Source: a virus
Direction: 5' to 3' (one strand)
Length of the DNA stretch: 64,000 nt
IMG/VR virus record: IMGVR_UViG_3300040771_000127
The notes under the pieces were generated by a model. That model searched no databases, had not been told where the DNA came from, and saw only the letters and a program-made list of their open reading frames with translations. The position numbers and the translations under genes are program-made. Shown here piece by piece: positions 37,620 to 45,988 of the stretch. Within the stretch, counting starts at the first letter, position 1; each line of letters opens with the position of its first letter.

Positions 37620-39452
37620 ATGCCTAGACTATCACCAAAAACAAAAAGTATAGATTCCGAGCCTATACCTCTAGAACCAATATCGCCCCTAGAGGCACTA
37701 TTAGATAATTGGATCACCAAACGTGGCGATTATTTTGTTACCGCTTTCCTAGATAGTACAGTTATGTGGGAAGAAAAAATAGACATAGAATCAGTACCTT
37801 TTATCCAGTATTTAGTTACATCACTAAAGTTAGACAAGTTTTATAAAACTAAAGAGCTTATTAGAATAAAGGCTTTTGCTTTCGCTAGAAACACTCTTCA
37901 TTCAATAGATGTAAATACCTTGGAATATCATCTTAGAATTTCTGATGGTACTGATAGTTTTACGGACGGTAAAAAAATTGTAATATCAGGAAAAGTACTT
38001 GAACTAAAAGAGTCTAAGTATGAAGATCTAAGTGGTTATGATGTTTTCATTGGTTTAGCGTTGCATGAGGGTTGCCACATACTCTACACTGATTTTAAAG
38101 AGTACTCAGAATTCCTAGCGTCCAAAGATTTACCTAAGGGTGCTTCTGCCTTACTACATACAATTGTAAATATTCTAGAGGACGAACGCATAGAAAGAAA
38201 GTTGTTAGATAAATATCCGGGACACGGTAACTTTCTAGCACGCCTTAAGGAATACTACTTTGGGGGTATTAGAAAAAAAGACGAGTTGAGTGAGGAGGAG
38301 AATGTAACTGAATTTTTAAATTTATTTTTACAGATCATTAGATACCCAAAATACCTAGATAGTTTGCTTGTAGAGCGCTATATAGACTTACTGTTTAGTA
38401 TTAAAGAAATACTGCTACCCTACCCAGAGGAAATGGGTGAGTGTTTAGATAAATCTTATGAAGTTTTTGAACTTATACTAGAGTACTTTGATTTACGTTT
38501 TGAACGTGAAGAAGATGATGAAGAACTAGCTAAAGCTTCTGATGAAATATCTAAAGCAGGTGGTGGGGGTGTTTCTAAAATAGCCGTATCTTCTAGTGAA
38601 GACTCCTCTGACACTGGGGGTAGTATGCCTTCCAAAGGTAAGGAAGAATCAATATTAGATGGTGAGTATTCTTTCAGCGAAGAAGGTTTAAAAGTTCTAG
38701 CTGATAATAGTACTAAAGAAAAGTATAATGAAATACTGGATAGACTAAGAAAGTACTTGCCAGGTTTTAGACACTTTTTATTTTATAACACTTATGTTAA
38801 GCACAGAAATTTAGTGGGTTTAAAAAGTGGTAACTTAGATACTAATAAATTAGTTGAGGGTTTCCAAGGCGTGCAAAGTATTTATGCACGTAAAGAAAAG
38901 CCAGTACTAAAACGTTTAACAGTATCGCTATTAGTTGACATGAGTGGAAGTATGGGCGGTGATTGTATTAAAAGAGCTAGGGAGTGTGCCGTTTTACTTA
39001 CTGAGGTATTTTCTACTAATAAAATGGTGGATCTATATGTGTACGGATATACTGGTCAGGACATAACTAGTCATAAGGCTGAATTGTATGAGTACTACAC
39101 CCCTAAGAACCCTAGAAAGTACAGCCTTGTTAACATGGTTGCTAAATCTCAGAACTTGGATGGATTTTCACTATTGCAAATGAGAAACGAGATTAGAAAA
39201 GATACCAATAATGATGTTCTTACTTTTATGATTTCTGACGGAGAGCCTTATGCTACAGGGTACTCAGGTAGGGCAGCAATAGACCATTTAAAAGGGGCTG
39301 TTACCGAATTGGAGAAAGATAAATTTAAAATTATTCACATAGCTGTAGGCTACAGTGGTTTACCTGACGTATATAAAAATTTGGTACTGGTGGAAGATGT
39401 TGCTACCTTAGCAAATGATTTATACATATTGGTAAAGCGTACTATAAAATAA
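37620..39452 (+). CDS. VWA-domain protein with N-terminal HExxH metallopeptidase-like domain (CobT/NorD/DUF2201-like)
   Basis: HExxH in GLALHEGCHILY, followed by ILEDERIE. MIDAS motif LLVDMSGSMGG in the C-terminal half. Starts 2 nt after the MoxR stop. Confidence 0.7.
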   Translation: MPRLSPKTKSIDSEPIPLEPISPLEALLDNWITKRGDYFVTAFLDSTVMWEEKIDIESVPFIQYLVTSLKLDKFYKTKELIRIKAFAFARNTLHSIDVNTLEYHLRISDGTDSFTDGKKIVISGKVLELKESKYEDLSGYDVFIGLALHEGCHILYTDFKEYSEFLASKDLPKGASALLHTIVNILEDERIERKLLDKYPGHGNFLARLKEYYFGGIRKKDELSEEENVTEFLNLFLQIIRYPKYLDSLLVERYIDLLFSIKEILLPYPEEMGECLDKSYEVFELILEYFDLRFEREEDDEELAKASDEISKAGGGGVSKIAVSSSEDSSDTGGSMPSKGKEESILDGEYSFSEEGLKVLADNSTKEKYNEILDRLRKYLPGFRHFLFYNTYVKHRNLVGLKSGNLDTNKLVEGFQGVQSIYARKEKPVLKRLTVSLLVDMSGSMGGDCIKRARECAVLLTEVFSTNKMVDLYVYGYTGQDITSHKAELYEYYTPKNPRKYSLVNMVAKSQNLDGFSLLQMRNEIRKDTNNDVLTFMISDGEPYATGYSGRAAIDHLKGAVTELEKDKFKIIHIAVGYSGLPDVYKNLVLVEDVATLANDLYILVKRTIK

Positions 39453-39459
39453 CTAAATT

Positions 39460-39711
39460 GTGAGGTACAAGAAAGCCAAAGTAGAGACACTATGGGAGCA
39501 GAGTGCTATTTTTCACAGCCTTATTGATGATTTGTTACACAATAATCCTGAGATAATATTAACAAGAACTTTTACGGGTAGACAAAGTGTGATAATAGAA
39601 TTACCATGTTCTTGCAAAGAGTATCAGTTTACCCAACTACTTAGCCCTGATTGTTTCTACGAGGCTAGTTATTACTTTTGTGCCTACCATAAAAAACTAT
39701 TAAATGAGTAA
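39460..39711 (+). CDS. Hypothetical protein (Cys-containing)
   Basis: 83 aa with an apparent GTG start. Overlaps the next ORF by 8 nt. Confidence 0.45.
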   Translation: MRYKKAKVETLWEQSAIFHSLIDDLLHNNPEIILTRTFTGRQSVIIELPCSCKEYQFTQLLSPDCFYEASYYFCAYHKKLLNE

Positions 39712-40549
39712 AAGCCTAAAAAAATTACTGACAGCTAAAGTTGGTGCAGATTCTAAAATAGCTACTCTAGAGGATGCTATATACCGAGCCATTAAAGACA
39801 AACCCATAAGAGACGATAAAAAAATAGTAGAGTCCGCCAAAAAACTTACCCGAGCGCTTATGCTAGTAGCTAGAGGAGAGTACGTAGACTTTGATACTAT
39901 TAATAATCTATACCTAAACTTTTCCTCAGAGTACCATGCTGAACCTCCTAGAGATAAAAGAAAAGTTCACCCAAGTTCCCTTAGGCGTGAGTGTGAAAGA
40001 AATATGTATTACTCTCTAGGGGGTTTTGCATACAGTGATAGAGTAGCCGACTTTATTGATGGTAGGCTACAATTAATATTTGACCAAGGACACTGGTTTC
40101 ATAGTTACATACAATCAGCCCTTTACAGAGCAGGAATACTTATTCAAGCAGAAGTTCCTATTGTAGACAAAAAAAGGTTTATTGGTGGTAGGATGGACGG
40201 TAAAATAATTTGGCAGGGAGAAGTAATGGCTCTCGAAGTTAAAACTATGAACTCTTTTCGTTTCCGTACAGGTAAAATAGCTCCTTTCGAGGATAACATC
40301 TATCAGAATAGTTTTTACGCAAATCATTTAGGCATTAAAAAAATTCTGTTTCTATACTTCAATAAAGATACTTCGGAGATTGCTATACACATACTGAAGA
40401 CTAATACTACTATGGCTACTTTAGCTAATGAGAAAATAGATGCTGTTCTACACAGTATAGAAATTGAAAAAGCCCCTAGGAGAGTTTGTACTAGTAAAGA
40501 TTCAGATCAAGCCAAAAAATGTCCTTTCAGAACTTTATGTTTTAAATAG
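39704..40549 (+). CDS. PD-(D/E)XK exonuclease, Cas4/RecB-like
   Basis: GRMDGKI...ALEVKT nuclease core. One N-terminal Cys (RRECERN) and a C-terminal CTSKDSDQAKKCPFRTLC are arranged like Cas4/AddB-type Fe-S nucleases. Confidence 0.55.
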   Translation: MSKSLKKLLTAKVGADSKIATLEDAIYRAIKDKPIRDDKKIVESAKKLTRALMLVARGEYVDFDTINNLYLNFSSEYHAEPPRDKRKVHPSSLRRECERNMYYSLGGFAYSDRVADFIDGRLQLIFDQGHWFHSYIQSALYRAGILIQAEVPIVDKKRFIGGRMDGKIIWQGEVMALEVKTMNSFRFRTGKIAPFEDNIYQNSFYANHLGIKKILFLYFNKDTSEIAIHILKTNTTMATLANEKIDAVLHSIEIEKAPRRVCTSKDSDQAKKCPFRTLCFK

Positions 40550-40587
40550 TCGTGCAAAAAAGATACAAAAATTAAAGTAAACTAACC

Positions 40588-40707
40588 ATGAAAAAAAGAC
40601 ACAAAAATTATATTAGAATAGCCGTTGTAGTACTAATTTTAGACATATTTGCGGCTATTGTATTAGCAAGTTACATTTTGGTTGCAACCTATAAATACTT
40701 AAACTAG
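40588..40707 (+). CDS. Candidate 39-aa membrane peptide
   Basis: MKKRHKNYIRIAVVVLILDIFAAIVLASYILVATYKYLN: basic N-terminus plus one TM. It fills an otherwise empty gap. Confidence 0.3.
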   Translation: MKKRHKNYIRIAVVVLILDIFAAIVLASYILVATYKYLN

Positions 40708-40708
40708 A

Positions 40709-41194
40709 ATGAAAGAAATACCTAAAAGAAGAAGAGGCACACCCGCTAAATTTCCTGATGAAGTAGCCAAAAGACCGAGTGCTTACACTAAATTTAGAGC
40801 TGGGTTTTCTGTACTTAAAAAACCAGAACTAGATAGTCCCACTATGCCCAAGAGAGTTTCCGTACTAAGTTCAGATGCAATATCTGACCTAATGTTTAGG
40901 ATTAGTGCTTGGCGTGATTACACGGACGACCTTATTTACGAGGCTACTACCGAGTACTTAATGGCTAAGGAAAAGCACCAGTATCAGTGGGATATTTCGA
41001 TTATTGTCGCTAAGGGATCTTCTGTAAAAGAAAAAGAGGCTAATGTTAGAGTACTTCAAAAAGTAAAAATACTACGTGAAGATATGCTAGAGAAAGAGAT
41101 GTATCTAGATTTACTTGAACGTAAGCATGAAAATTATAGTAACAATATTTCGATAATTTCTAGAGAGATAAGTCGTAGGTCTAATCTTAGTTAG
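40709..41194 (+). CDS. Hypothetical protein
   Basis: 161 aa with a basic N-terminus and a helical C-terminus. Confidence 0.55.
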   Translation: MKEIPKRRRGTPAKFPDEVAKRPSAYTKFRAGFSVLKKPELDSPTMPKRVSVLSSDAISDLMFRISAWRDYTDDLIYEATTEYLMAKEKHQYQWDISIIVAKGSSVKEKEANVRVLQKVKILREDMLEKEMYLDLLERKHENYSNNISIISREISRRSNLS

Positions 41195-41195
41195 T

Positions 41196-41831
41196 ATGAA
41201 AGAGGAAAAAGAAAATGAGTATGAAAAAAACTTTGAGTACTGGTTACAGGAATTACTAGAGTTGGATTTAATACTAGCCTACACACACCAACCAAAGACC
41301 TTTGAACTTTACCCACCTTTGGAAGTACCCTATCTAGAGAAACTTAAAACTAAAGACAAACCAAAATTCTTTAATATACTCAGAGACATTAAGTACACGG
41401 CTGACTTTAGTTTTATAGTAAACAAGAACAAAAATCTTGCTCACCTAATAGGTCACTTAAATAAGGATTTTTTGTACTCTGACCCCAGAGAATTTCTGTT
41501 TTACACTACTCAGGTTACTAGATCAGGACATCCTATAGTAATAGTCGATATTAAACCCTCTAGTCAAGCTACTAGGTTTAGTAGTGCTTTAGGTTCGTCC
41601 AGAGAGTTCCCCGTTAAGCAGAGAATACTTTATGATAAACAAGGTATATTCGTTAACAAGGTGGTTCCCTACGGTTCTAAGGATTGTCTTTTTGGTAAAA
41701 CGTTTACTCCAGAGAATTTCTACTTCACTGATAAGCGCACAAAAATAAGGTCGGTCCCAAAAGATAAAGATAAAAAACCTTTATACGTTCCCATACTAAT
41801 TAACAGTTGGAAATTAATTCACGAACACTAA
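41196..41831 (+). CDS. Hypothetical protein, possibly DUF1064/PD-(D/E)XK-like
   Basis: 211 aa. KYTADFSFIV ... IVIVDIKPS resembles the Y-x-x-D-F ... E/D-x-K pattern. Confidence 0.3.
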   Translation: MKEEKENEYEKNFEYWLQELLELDLILAYTHQPKTFELYPPLEVPYLEKLKTKDKPKFFNILRDIKYTADFSFIVNKNKNLAHLIGHLNKDFLYSDPREFLFYTTQVTRSGHPIVIVDIKPSSQATRFSSALGSSREFPVKQRILYDKQGIFVNKVVPYGSKDCLFGKTFTPENFYFTDKRTKIRSVPKDKDKKPLYVPILINSWKLIHEH

Positions 41832-41849
41832 CCAATAATTATAATAGAT

Positions 41850-42020
41850 ATGAAAGAATTACAAATTTGGAAGCATGATAGTCTCATTAAGAGTATTTCA
41901 GTAAGTAGTAAAAAAGAAGCCTTAGAAGAAAAGACCCGTTACTTGGGGGTACAATTGAAACATGAAGAAAATAAAGCTAAAGATTATTTGTTCATTTATT
42001 TCGTAAGACAAACACTTTAG
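41850..42020 (+). CDS. Candidate small protein (56 aa)
   Basis: ATG ORF MKELQIWKHDSLIKS... fills an intergenic gap. It is below the track cutoff. Confidence 0.35.
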   Translation: MKELQIWKHDSLIKSISVSSKKEALEEKTRYLGVQLKHEENKAKDYLFIYFVRQTL

Positions 42021-42024
42021 AATT

Positions 42025-42306
42025 ATGAAGACAACAATATTACAGATAATTATTTTTTTAGTTTGTATTTTATTTGTTTCCCGACCTACTGTAAATTTTA
42101 GACCCTTTAGTTTACAGTTTGAGCGTGGTTACTACGCACTAGGCTTATTCTTAGTTTTGCTTGGTGTACAATTTATAGTCCACGGAATTAGAAAAGAAAC
42201 TAAAATGGAGATGTACGATTTCTTAGAAGATAAAATTTCTGAATTAGCTAAAATTAAAAAAGAAGAAAAAGAAAAAACAGAGGAAATAAATCGGTTAATA
42301 CCGTAA
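42025..42306 (+). CDS. Membrane protein (2 TM)
   Basis: 93 aa with two hydrophobic helices and a charged KEEKEKTEE tail. Confidence 0.5.
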   Translation: MKTTILQIIIFLVCILFVSRPTVNFRPFSLQFERGYYALGLFLVLLGVQFIVHGIRKETKMEMYDFLEDKISELAKIKKEEKEKTEEINRLIP

Positions 42307-42318
42307 GTAGGGGTAAGA

Positions 42319-42350
42319 GACTTGCAGTTTTGTAGATTTCTCTGCAAGTC
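42319..42350 (+). other. Hairpin without U-tract
   Basis: GACTTGCAG (42319-27) pairs with CTGCAAGTC (42342-50) around a 14-nt loop. It is intergenic, upstream of the SpoVS-like gene. Confidence 0.4.
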
Positions 42351-42453
42351 ACCACTACTGTAGCTAACTAATTTATTTTGTACACATAAAAAATTACCTA
42401 GGCTGTATGCATCGTGCGTTAATATTTTGTAGTTTTGAGCAAAACAAATTATT

Positions 42454-42756
42454 ATGGCGCAAGATTCAGAAAACTCAAAAGTTTTTAAAGTGGCTTCTAC
42501 TACCAGTTGTACGGTACTAGCCTCTGGATTATTCAAAGAATTAACTAAAAGTCCTCCAACAGAGTTACGTGTTAGAGCTGTAGGTGCTTCCGCACTTAAC
42601 CAAGCTATAAAAGCTGTAGCTAATTTAAACAGTTTATTGGCTTCTAAAAATAAGTGGGCTTCTGTAGTTCCTTATTTTGACCAAGTTAAATTTCCTGATT
42701 CAGATAAGCTGTACACCGTACTGGAGATGAAATTAATACTACACGAGGTATGTTAG
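42454..42756 (+). CDS. SpoVS-like (Alba-fold) nucleic-acid-binding protein
   Basis: 100 aa. FKVASTTS...VLASGLF...LRVRAVGASALNQAIKAVANLN is collinear with Bacillus SpoVS (LKVSAKS...AIGAGALNQAVKAIAIAR), from memory. Confidence 0.65.
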   Translation: MAQDSENSKVFKVASTTSCTVLASGLFKELTKSPPTELRVRAVGASALNQAIKAVANLNSLLASKNKWASVVPYFDQVKFPDSDKLYTVLEMKLILHEVC

Positions 42757-43142
42757 GAAAATTTGTTTACTTAGAAAAATTTCAAGATGGTATAAGAATG
42801 GTACTTGAATTATCTATTAATGGTAACAAGATTAAAGCTCTTATTGACACGGGTGCTTCTGTAAATTACTTTTGCAGTTCGCTTAAATTTTTAGAGGTAA
42901 ATAAAAAAGACTATGCCAGTGTTACTGGTTTCACGGGACATACTAAAAGAGCGTACGGTATCAAGGTATTTAAAACAGATCTACTAGACTTGGAGTTCTC
43001 CAATTTTTACCAGTTAAGTTTAGATCACCTAGGTGTTAACTGCGTTATGGGTATTGACTTTTTAGTTAAGAATGGTATTCAGTTAAACATTCCAGAGTGC
43101 AACTATGAAAAAATTACGGGCGTAAATGTAATTGTATTGTAA
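42750..43142 (+). CDS. Retropepsin-like aspartic protease
   Basis: 130 aa, the size of a retropepsin monomer, with the catalytic signature KALIDTGASVNYF. Overlaps the SpoVS-like ORF by 7 nt. Confidence 0.6.
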   Translation: MLGKFVYLEKFQDGIRMVLELSINGNKIKALIDTGASVNYFCSSLKFLEVNKKDYASVTGFTGHTKRAYGIKVFKTDLLDLEFSNFYQLSLDHLGVNCVMGIDFLVKNGIQLNIPECNYEKITGVNVIVL

Positions 43143-43149
43143 AAATTGT

Positions 43150-43157
43150 TATATTTG
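43150..43157 (+). promoter_or_regulatory. TATATTTG promoter-like -7 box
   Basis: Matches TAnnTTTG, upstream of the H1-like gene. The -33 element is unclear. Confidence 0.3.
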
Positions 43158-43243
43158 GGTCTCTAAAGGTATTAGTCTTGTTCCAGCCGATAACGGACTT
43201 TTATTTGTCAATTCAATACACGGCAAAGAAAAAATCAAACATT

Positions 43244-43393
43244 ATGAAAAATGTACATTTTTTAACAACTGGAGCAGGTGCAGCTAAAGCACCCGCTAAA
43301 AAAACACCAGGTAAAAAAGCACCAGCTAAAAAAGCACCTGCTAAAAAAGCACCTGCTAAAGCACCTGCTAAAAAAACTAGAGTTAGAAAGTAA
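43244..43393 (+). CDS. Histone H1-like Lys/Ala/Pro-repeat protein (49 aa)
   Basis: MKNVHFLTTGAGAAKAPAKKTPGKKAPAKKAPAKKAPAKAPAKKTRVRK, encoded by a ~15-nt tandem DNA repeat. The track ORF starts at a TTG upstream. It has its own terminator. Confidence 0.5.
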   Translation: MKNVHFLTTGAGAAKAPAKKTPGKKAPAKKAPAKKAPAKAPAKKTRVRK

Positions 43394-43415
43394 TTTCTGC
43401 TCTATGGAACAAAGT

Positions 43416-43447
43416 AAAAAGGAACTCTTCATTGGGTTCCTTTTTTT
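43416..43447 (+). terminator. Rho-independent terminator
   Basis: AAAAAGGAAC ... GTTCCTTTTT stem followed by a T7 run. Confidence 0.65.
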
Positions 43448-43476
43448 AGTTATATTTGTAAAATAAACCAGTTACT

Positions 43477-44157
43477 ATGGATTCGATTCTACTATTTTCG
43501 GCGGGTAAGGAAAGTCTATACCAGTTACACCATAAACAAAAAGTGATAGGCAAACTTATTATGTTTGACTACGGACAACTTTCTTTTCCAGCAGAGTTTA
43601 CCTCACTTAGGTATTATGCTAAACTTTACGATAAACCGTATCAGGTAATCAAACTAGACTTCTTTATTTTACCACCAGCAATAAAAGATGGTATTGACTG
43701 CAATCCTTACGTAGCGCAAAGAAATTTAGTTTTTTGTAGTATTGCGCTATCTCTTGCAGAAGTAGGCGGTTATAAGAAAGTATTTTTAGGAGCCGTAGCT
43801 GATGCAGTAGATTTCGATGGTTCTCCAAGATTTGTAGATGATATGAATTACCTACTAGCTAGTAGTAGTGTAAAAGTCGAAAGTTTTTCTCGTAGGTATA
43901 CTACAGGACAGATACTTGCTTCCCTAGTAAAAAATAAAGTAGACATATCCCACCTTTGGAGTTGCGATAATCCCAGAGATGCACCTACATTTTGTGGATC
44001 TTGTGCTAAGTGTACTAGTGCTTTAAGAAACCTCAGAGACCATTATTCCAATAATAAGTTAGTTAGAAAATTCTACGACCAGAAATATAAAAATTCGGAC
44101 ATCCTAAATGTTTTAAGTTATGAGTTTGGACAGGAGCAAAAAATATGCGAGCGATAG
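43477..44157 (+). CDS. queC: QueC-like protein (7-cyano-7-deazaguanine synthase family) with variant PP-loop
   Basis: Collinear with QueC: LLFSAGKES (versus VFSGGQDS), MFDYGQ, VAQRNLVF, and the zinc site WSCDNPRDAPTFCGSCAKC. Confidence 0.65.
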   Translation: MDSILLFSAGKESLYQLHHKQKVIGKLIMFDYGQLSFPAEFTSLRYYAKLYDKPYQVIKLDFFILPPAIKDGIDCNPYVAQRNLVFCSIALSLAEVGGYKKVFLGAVADAVDFDGSPRFVDDMNYLLASSSVKVESFSRRYTTGQILASLVKNKVDISHLWSCDNPRDAPTFCGSCAKCTSALRNLRDHYSNNKLVRKFYDQKYKNSDILNVLSYEFGQEQKICER

Positions 44158-45076
44158 TAATAAGGATAAGGCAGTAATGTTTTTTTCCGCTTCCTCTTAC
44201 AAGGATGCTCTAGCAGTACTAGATTCAGGTATAAATGATATTCTTACTTCCTACCACTATATAATGAAGCGTGAAAAAGGTTTCACTGAAGACGTAATGC
44301 CCCGTATAAAAGCTAACGGAGGTTTATTTATGACAGATAGTGGTGCGTTTACTTTCTTTGCTAAACCTACTCCTGAGATGTACACCGAAGAATACTGGGA
44401 ACCCTATATTGAAGAGTACGTTAAGTTTCTACGAGATAACGCTCACCAAATTTATTGTGCGGCTAACATGGATATTGATATTTTTGTAGGTCAAGAAATT
44501 GTAGATCGCTGGAACAAAAAGTATTTTGAACCTTTAAAAGGTATTGTTCAGATAGTTTACATTGTGCATGGTAATAAAGCTATACGTAGAGATGATGAAT
44601 ATGGAATAAAACGCTTTAAAGAATACGCAGCTAAATATGAATACTTAGGTATGGGTTCTTCTATGTTTAAGAAAAACTCTCGTTCAGACAACCGTTACTA
44701 CGCCCTTGCTAGGTTGCTTAAAGTTAGGCTACATGGTTTTGGTTGGACTTCTATTCCCTCTTTAAAAGAGTTTCCTTTCTTTAGTGTGGATTCAACTACT
44801 TGGCTTGGGGGTGTTCGTTATGGAACTACCTATACCTATGATGGTGCTAACGATAGAGTACTGGACCACAAGAAAAAATTTAGACGTAAGGGTATGAAAT
44901 CCTTATGTAAAGATTTAGGAATAAATCACGAAAACTTGTTATTAGAGAAGAGGGATGAAATAAATGCACTAAATTTGTATGGATGGAAAGGTTTTAGGTT
45001 TGAGTTTCTTAAGGCCGCCAATACTAAATTAAAGTATAACCCAGCACGTAGTTACGCTAAATACCTAGAAAAATGA
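44120..45076 (+). CDS. dpdA: DpdA-like DNA guanine transglycosylase (TGT fold)
   Basis: 318 aa between queC-like and queE. GGLFMTDSGAFTF resembles the TGT DSGGFQ pocket motif. An alternative start is ATG 44177 (MFFSASS). Confidence 0.55.
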   Translation: MSLDRSKKYASDSNKDKAVMFFSASSYKDALAVLDSGINDILTSYHYIMKREKGFTEDVMPRIKANGGLFMTDSGAFTFFAKPTPEMYTEEYWEPYIEEYVKFLRDNAHQIYCAANMDIDIFVGQEIVDRWNKKYFEPLKGIVQIVYIVHGNKAIRRDDEYGIKRFKEYAAKYEYLGMGSSMFKKNSRSDNRYYALARLLKVRLHGFGWTSIPSLKEFPFFSVDSTTWLGGVRYGTTYTYDGANDRVLDHKKKFRRKGMKSLCKDLGINHENLLLEKRDEINALNLYGWKGFRFEFLKAANTKLKYNPARSYAKYLEK

Positions 45077-45378
45077 GAAGTACTGTAAAACAACATAAGA
45101 GAAAAGTCAAGAACAAAGTAGTAACCGTTACTAGGCACGCTAGAGGTAAGTACGGTAAAAAACCTAAGAATGATAAATACCCACCTAGAGATAACGCTAG
45201 TGTTGACCTTGCCACATTGCAGGCACACTATAAAAAGTATCAAGAGGAATTTACTAAGCTACTCAATGGACAATTAACTTCTAGTGACCAACATAAAAGT
45301 TTTATTGCCCGTAGACTAAGAGCAGCCGCTAGAGCAATAAAGTTAAAACAAAAGAGAAACAAAAATTCGGATAACTAA
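45073..45378 (+). CDS. Very basic small protein
   Basis: 101 aa, rich in Lys/Arg at both ends (KQHKRKVKNKV..., ...KLKQKRNKNSDN). ATGA overlap with the dpdA-like ORF. Confidence 0.5.
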   Translation: MRSTVKQHKRKVKNKVVTVTRHARGKYGKKPKNDKYPPRDNASVDLATLQAHYKKYQEEFTKLLNGQLTSSDQHKSFIARRLRAAARAIKLKQKRNKNSDN

Positions 45379-45394
45379 TTAGAAACACTTTATT

Positions 45395-45988
45395 ATGCTA
45401 ACACTACCAAAATTTATTAAGCGCACAAAAAATTCTTACCACACTATTAAGCCTTACGTAGCTGAGGTTATTTTCACACCCGATGAATGTAAAATATTAG
45501 TCGAAGCAATTACTTCCAGTCAAGTAGGTAATAGGGAATTTATACCAGGTAAAGAGGGAAAAGATTCTAGTCGTTACGATTTAGATAGTACCAAGTATGC
45601 TTGGGTATACGCTCGTATTTATGAATTTATGTTGAAAGCCAACAAAGAGAATTTTGGTTTAGATCCTAATTTTTGTTTGTCAGAGCCAGTATACCTTAAT
45701 GAGTATAAGGGTAAGGAGTACTGCGGTTGGCATACAGATGGTTTTATATCTGATGGTGAAAAATACCTTTACAGAAAACTTACTTGCGTAATTCAGATGA
45801 GTGAACCTAAGGATTACACTGGAGGAGATTTTGAATTGTTTTCTTACCATGCAATACACGAAGATATTAGACCTATTGGTACTGCCTACATTATACCGGC
45901 TTTCGAGTGGCACAGAGTTACCCCTATTGAAAGTGGTACTAGAAGAAGTTTAATAATGTTTCTTGAAGGAACAGAACGCTTAAAATAA
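45395..45988 (+). CDS. 2OG-Fe(II) oxygenase (prolyl-4-hydroxylase-like)
   Basis: HxD...H...R facial triad context: CGWHTDG, FEWHRVTP, TRRSLIMF. Confidence 0.7.
   Translation: MLTLPKFIKRTKNSYHTIKPYVAEVIFTPDECKILVEAITSSQVGNREFIPGKEGKDSSRYDLDSTKYAWVYARIYEFMLKANKENFGLDPNFCLSEPVYLNEYKGKEYCGWHTDGFISDGEKYLYRKLTCVIQMSEPKDYTGGDFELFSYHAIHEDIRPIGTAYIIPAFEWHRVTPIESGTRRSLIMFLEGTERLK

Noticed and set aside
42132-42536. 134-aa minus-strand ORF spanning the 42307-42453 gap
   Set aside because: It overlaps two + strand genes at both ends and has no motif. The gap is better explained by a hairpin and an upstream region for the SpoVS-like gene.
43278-43466. + strand 62-aa ORF (KKHQVKKHQLKKHLLKKH...) overlapping the H1-like gene
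   Set aside because: It is an alternative reading frame of the same 15-nt tandem repeat and it runs through the terminator hairpin. The AKKAP frame starts with ATG and stops before the terminator.
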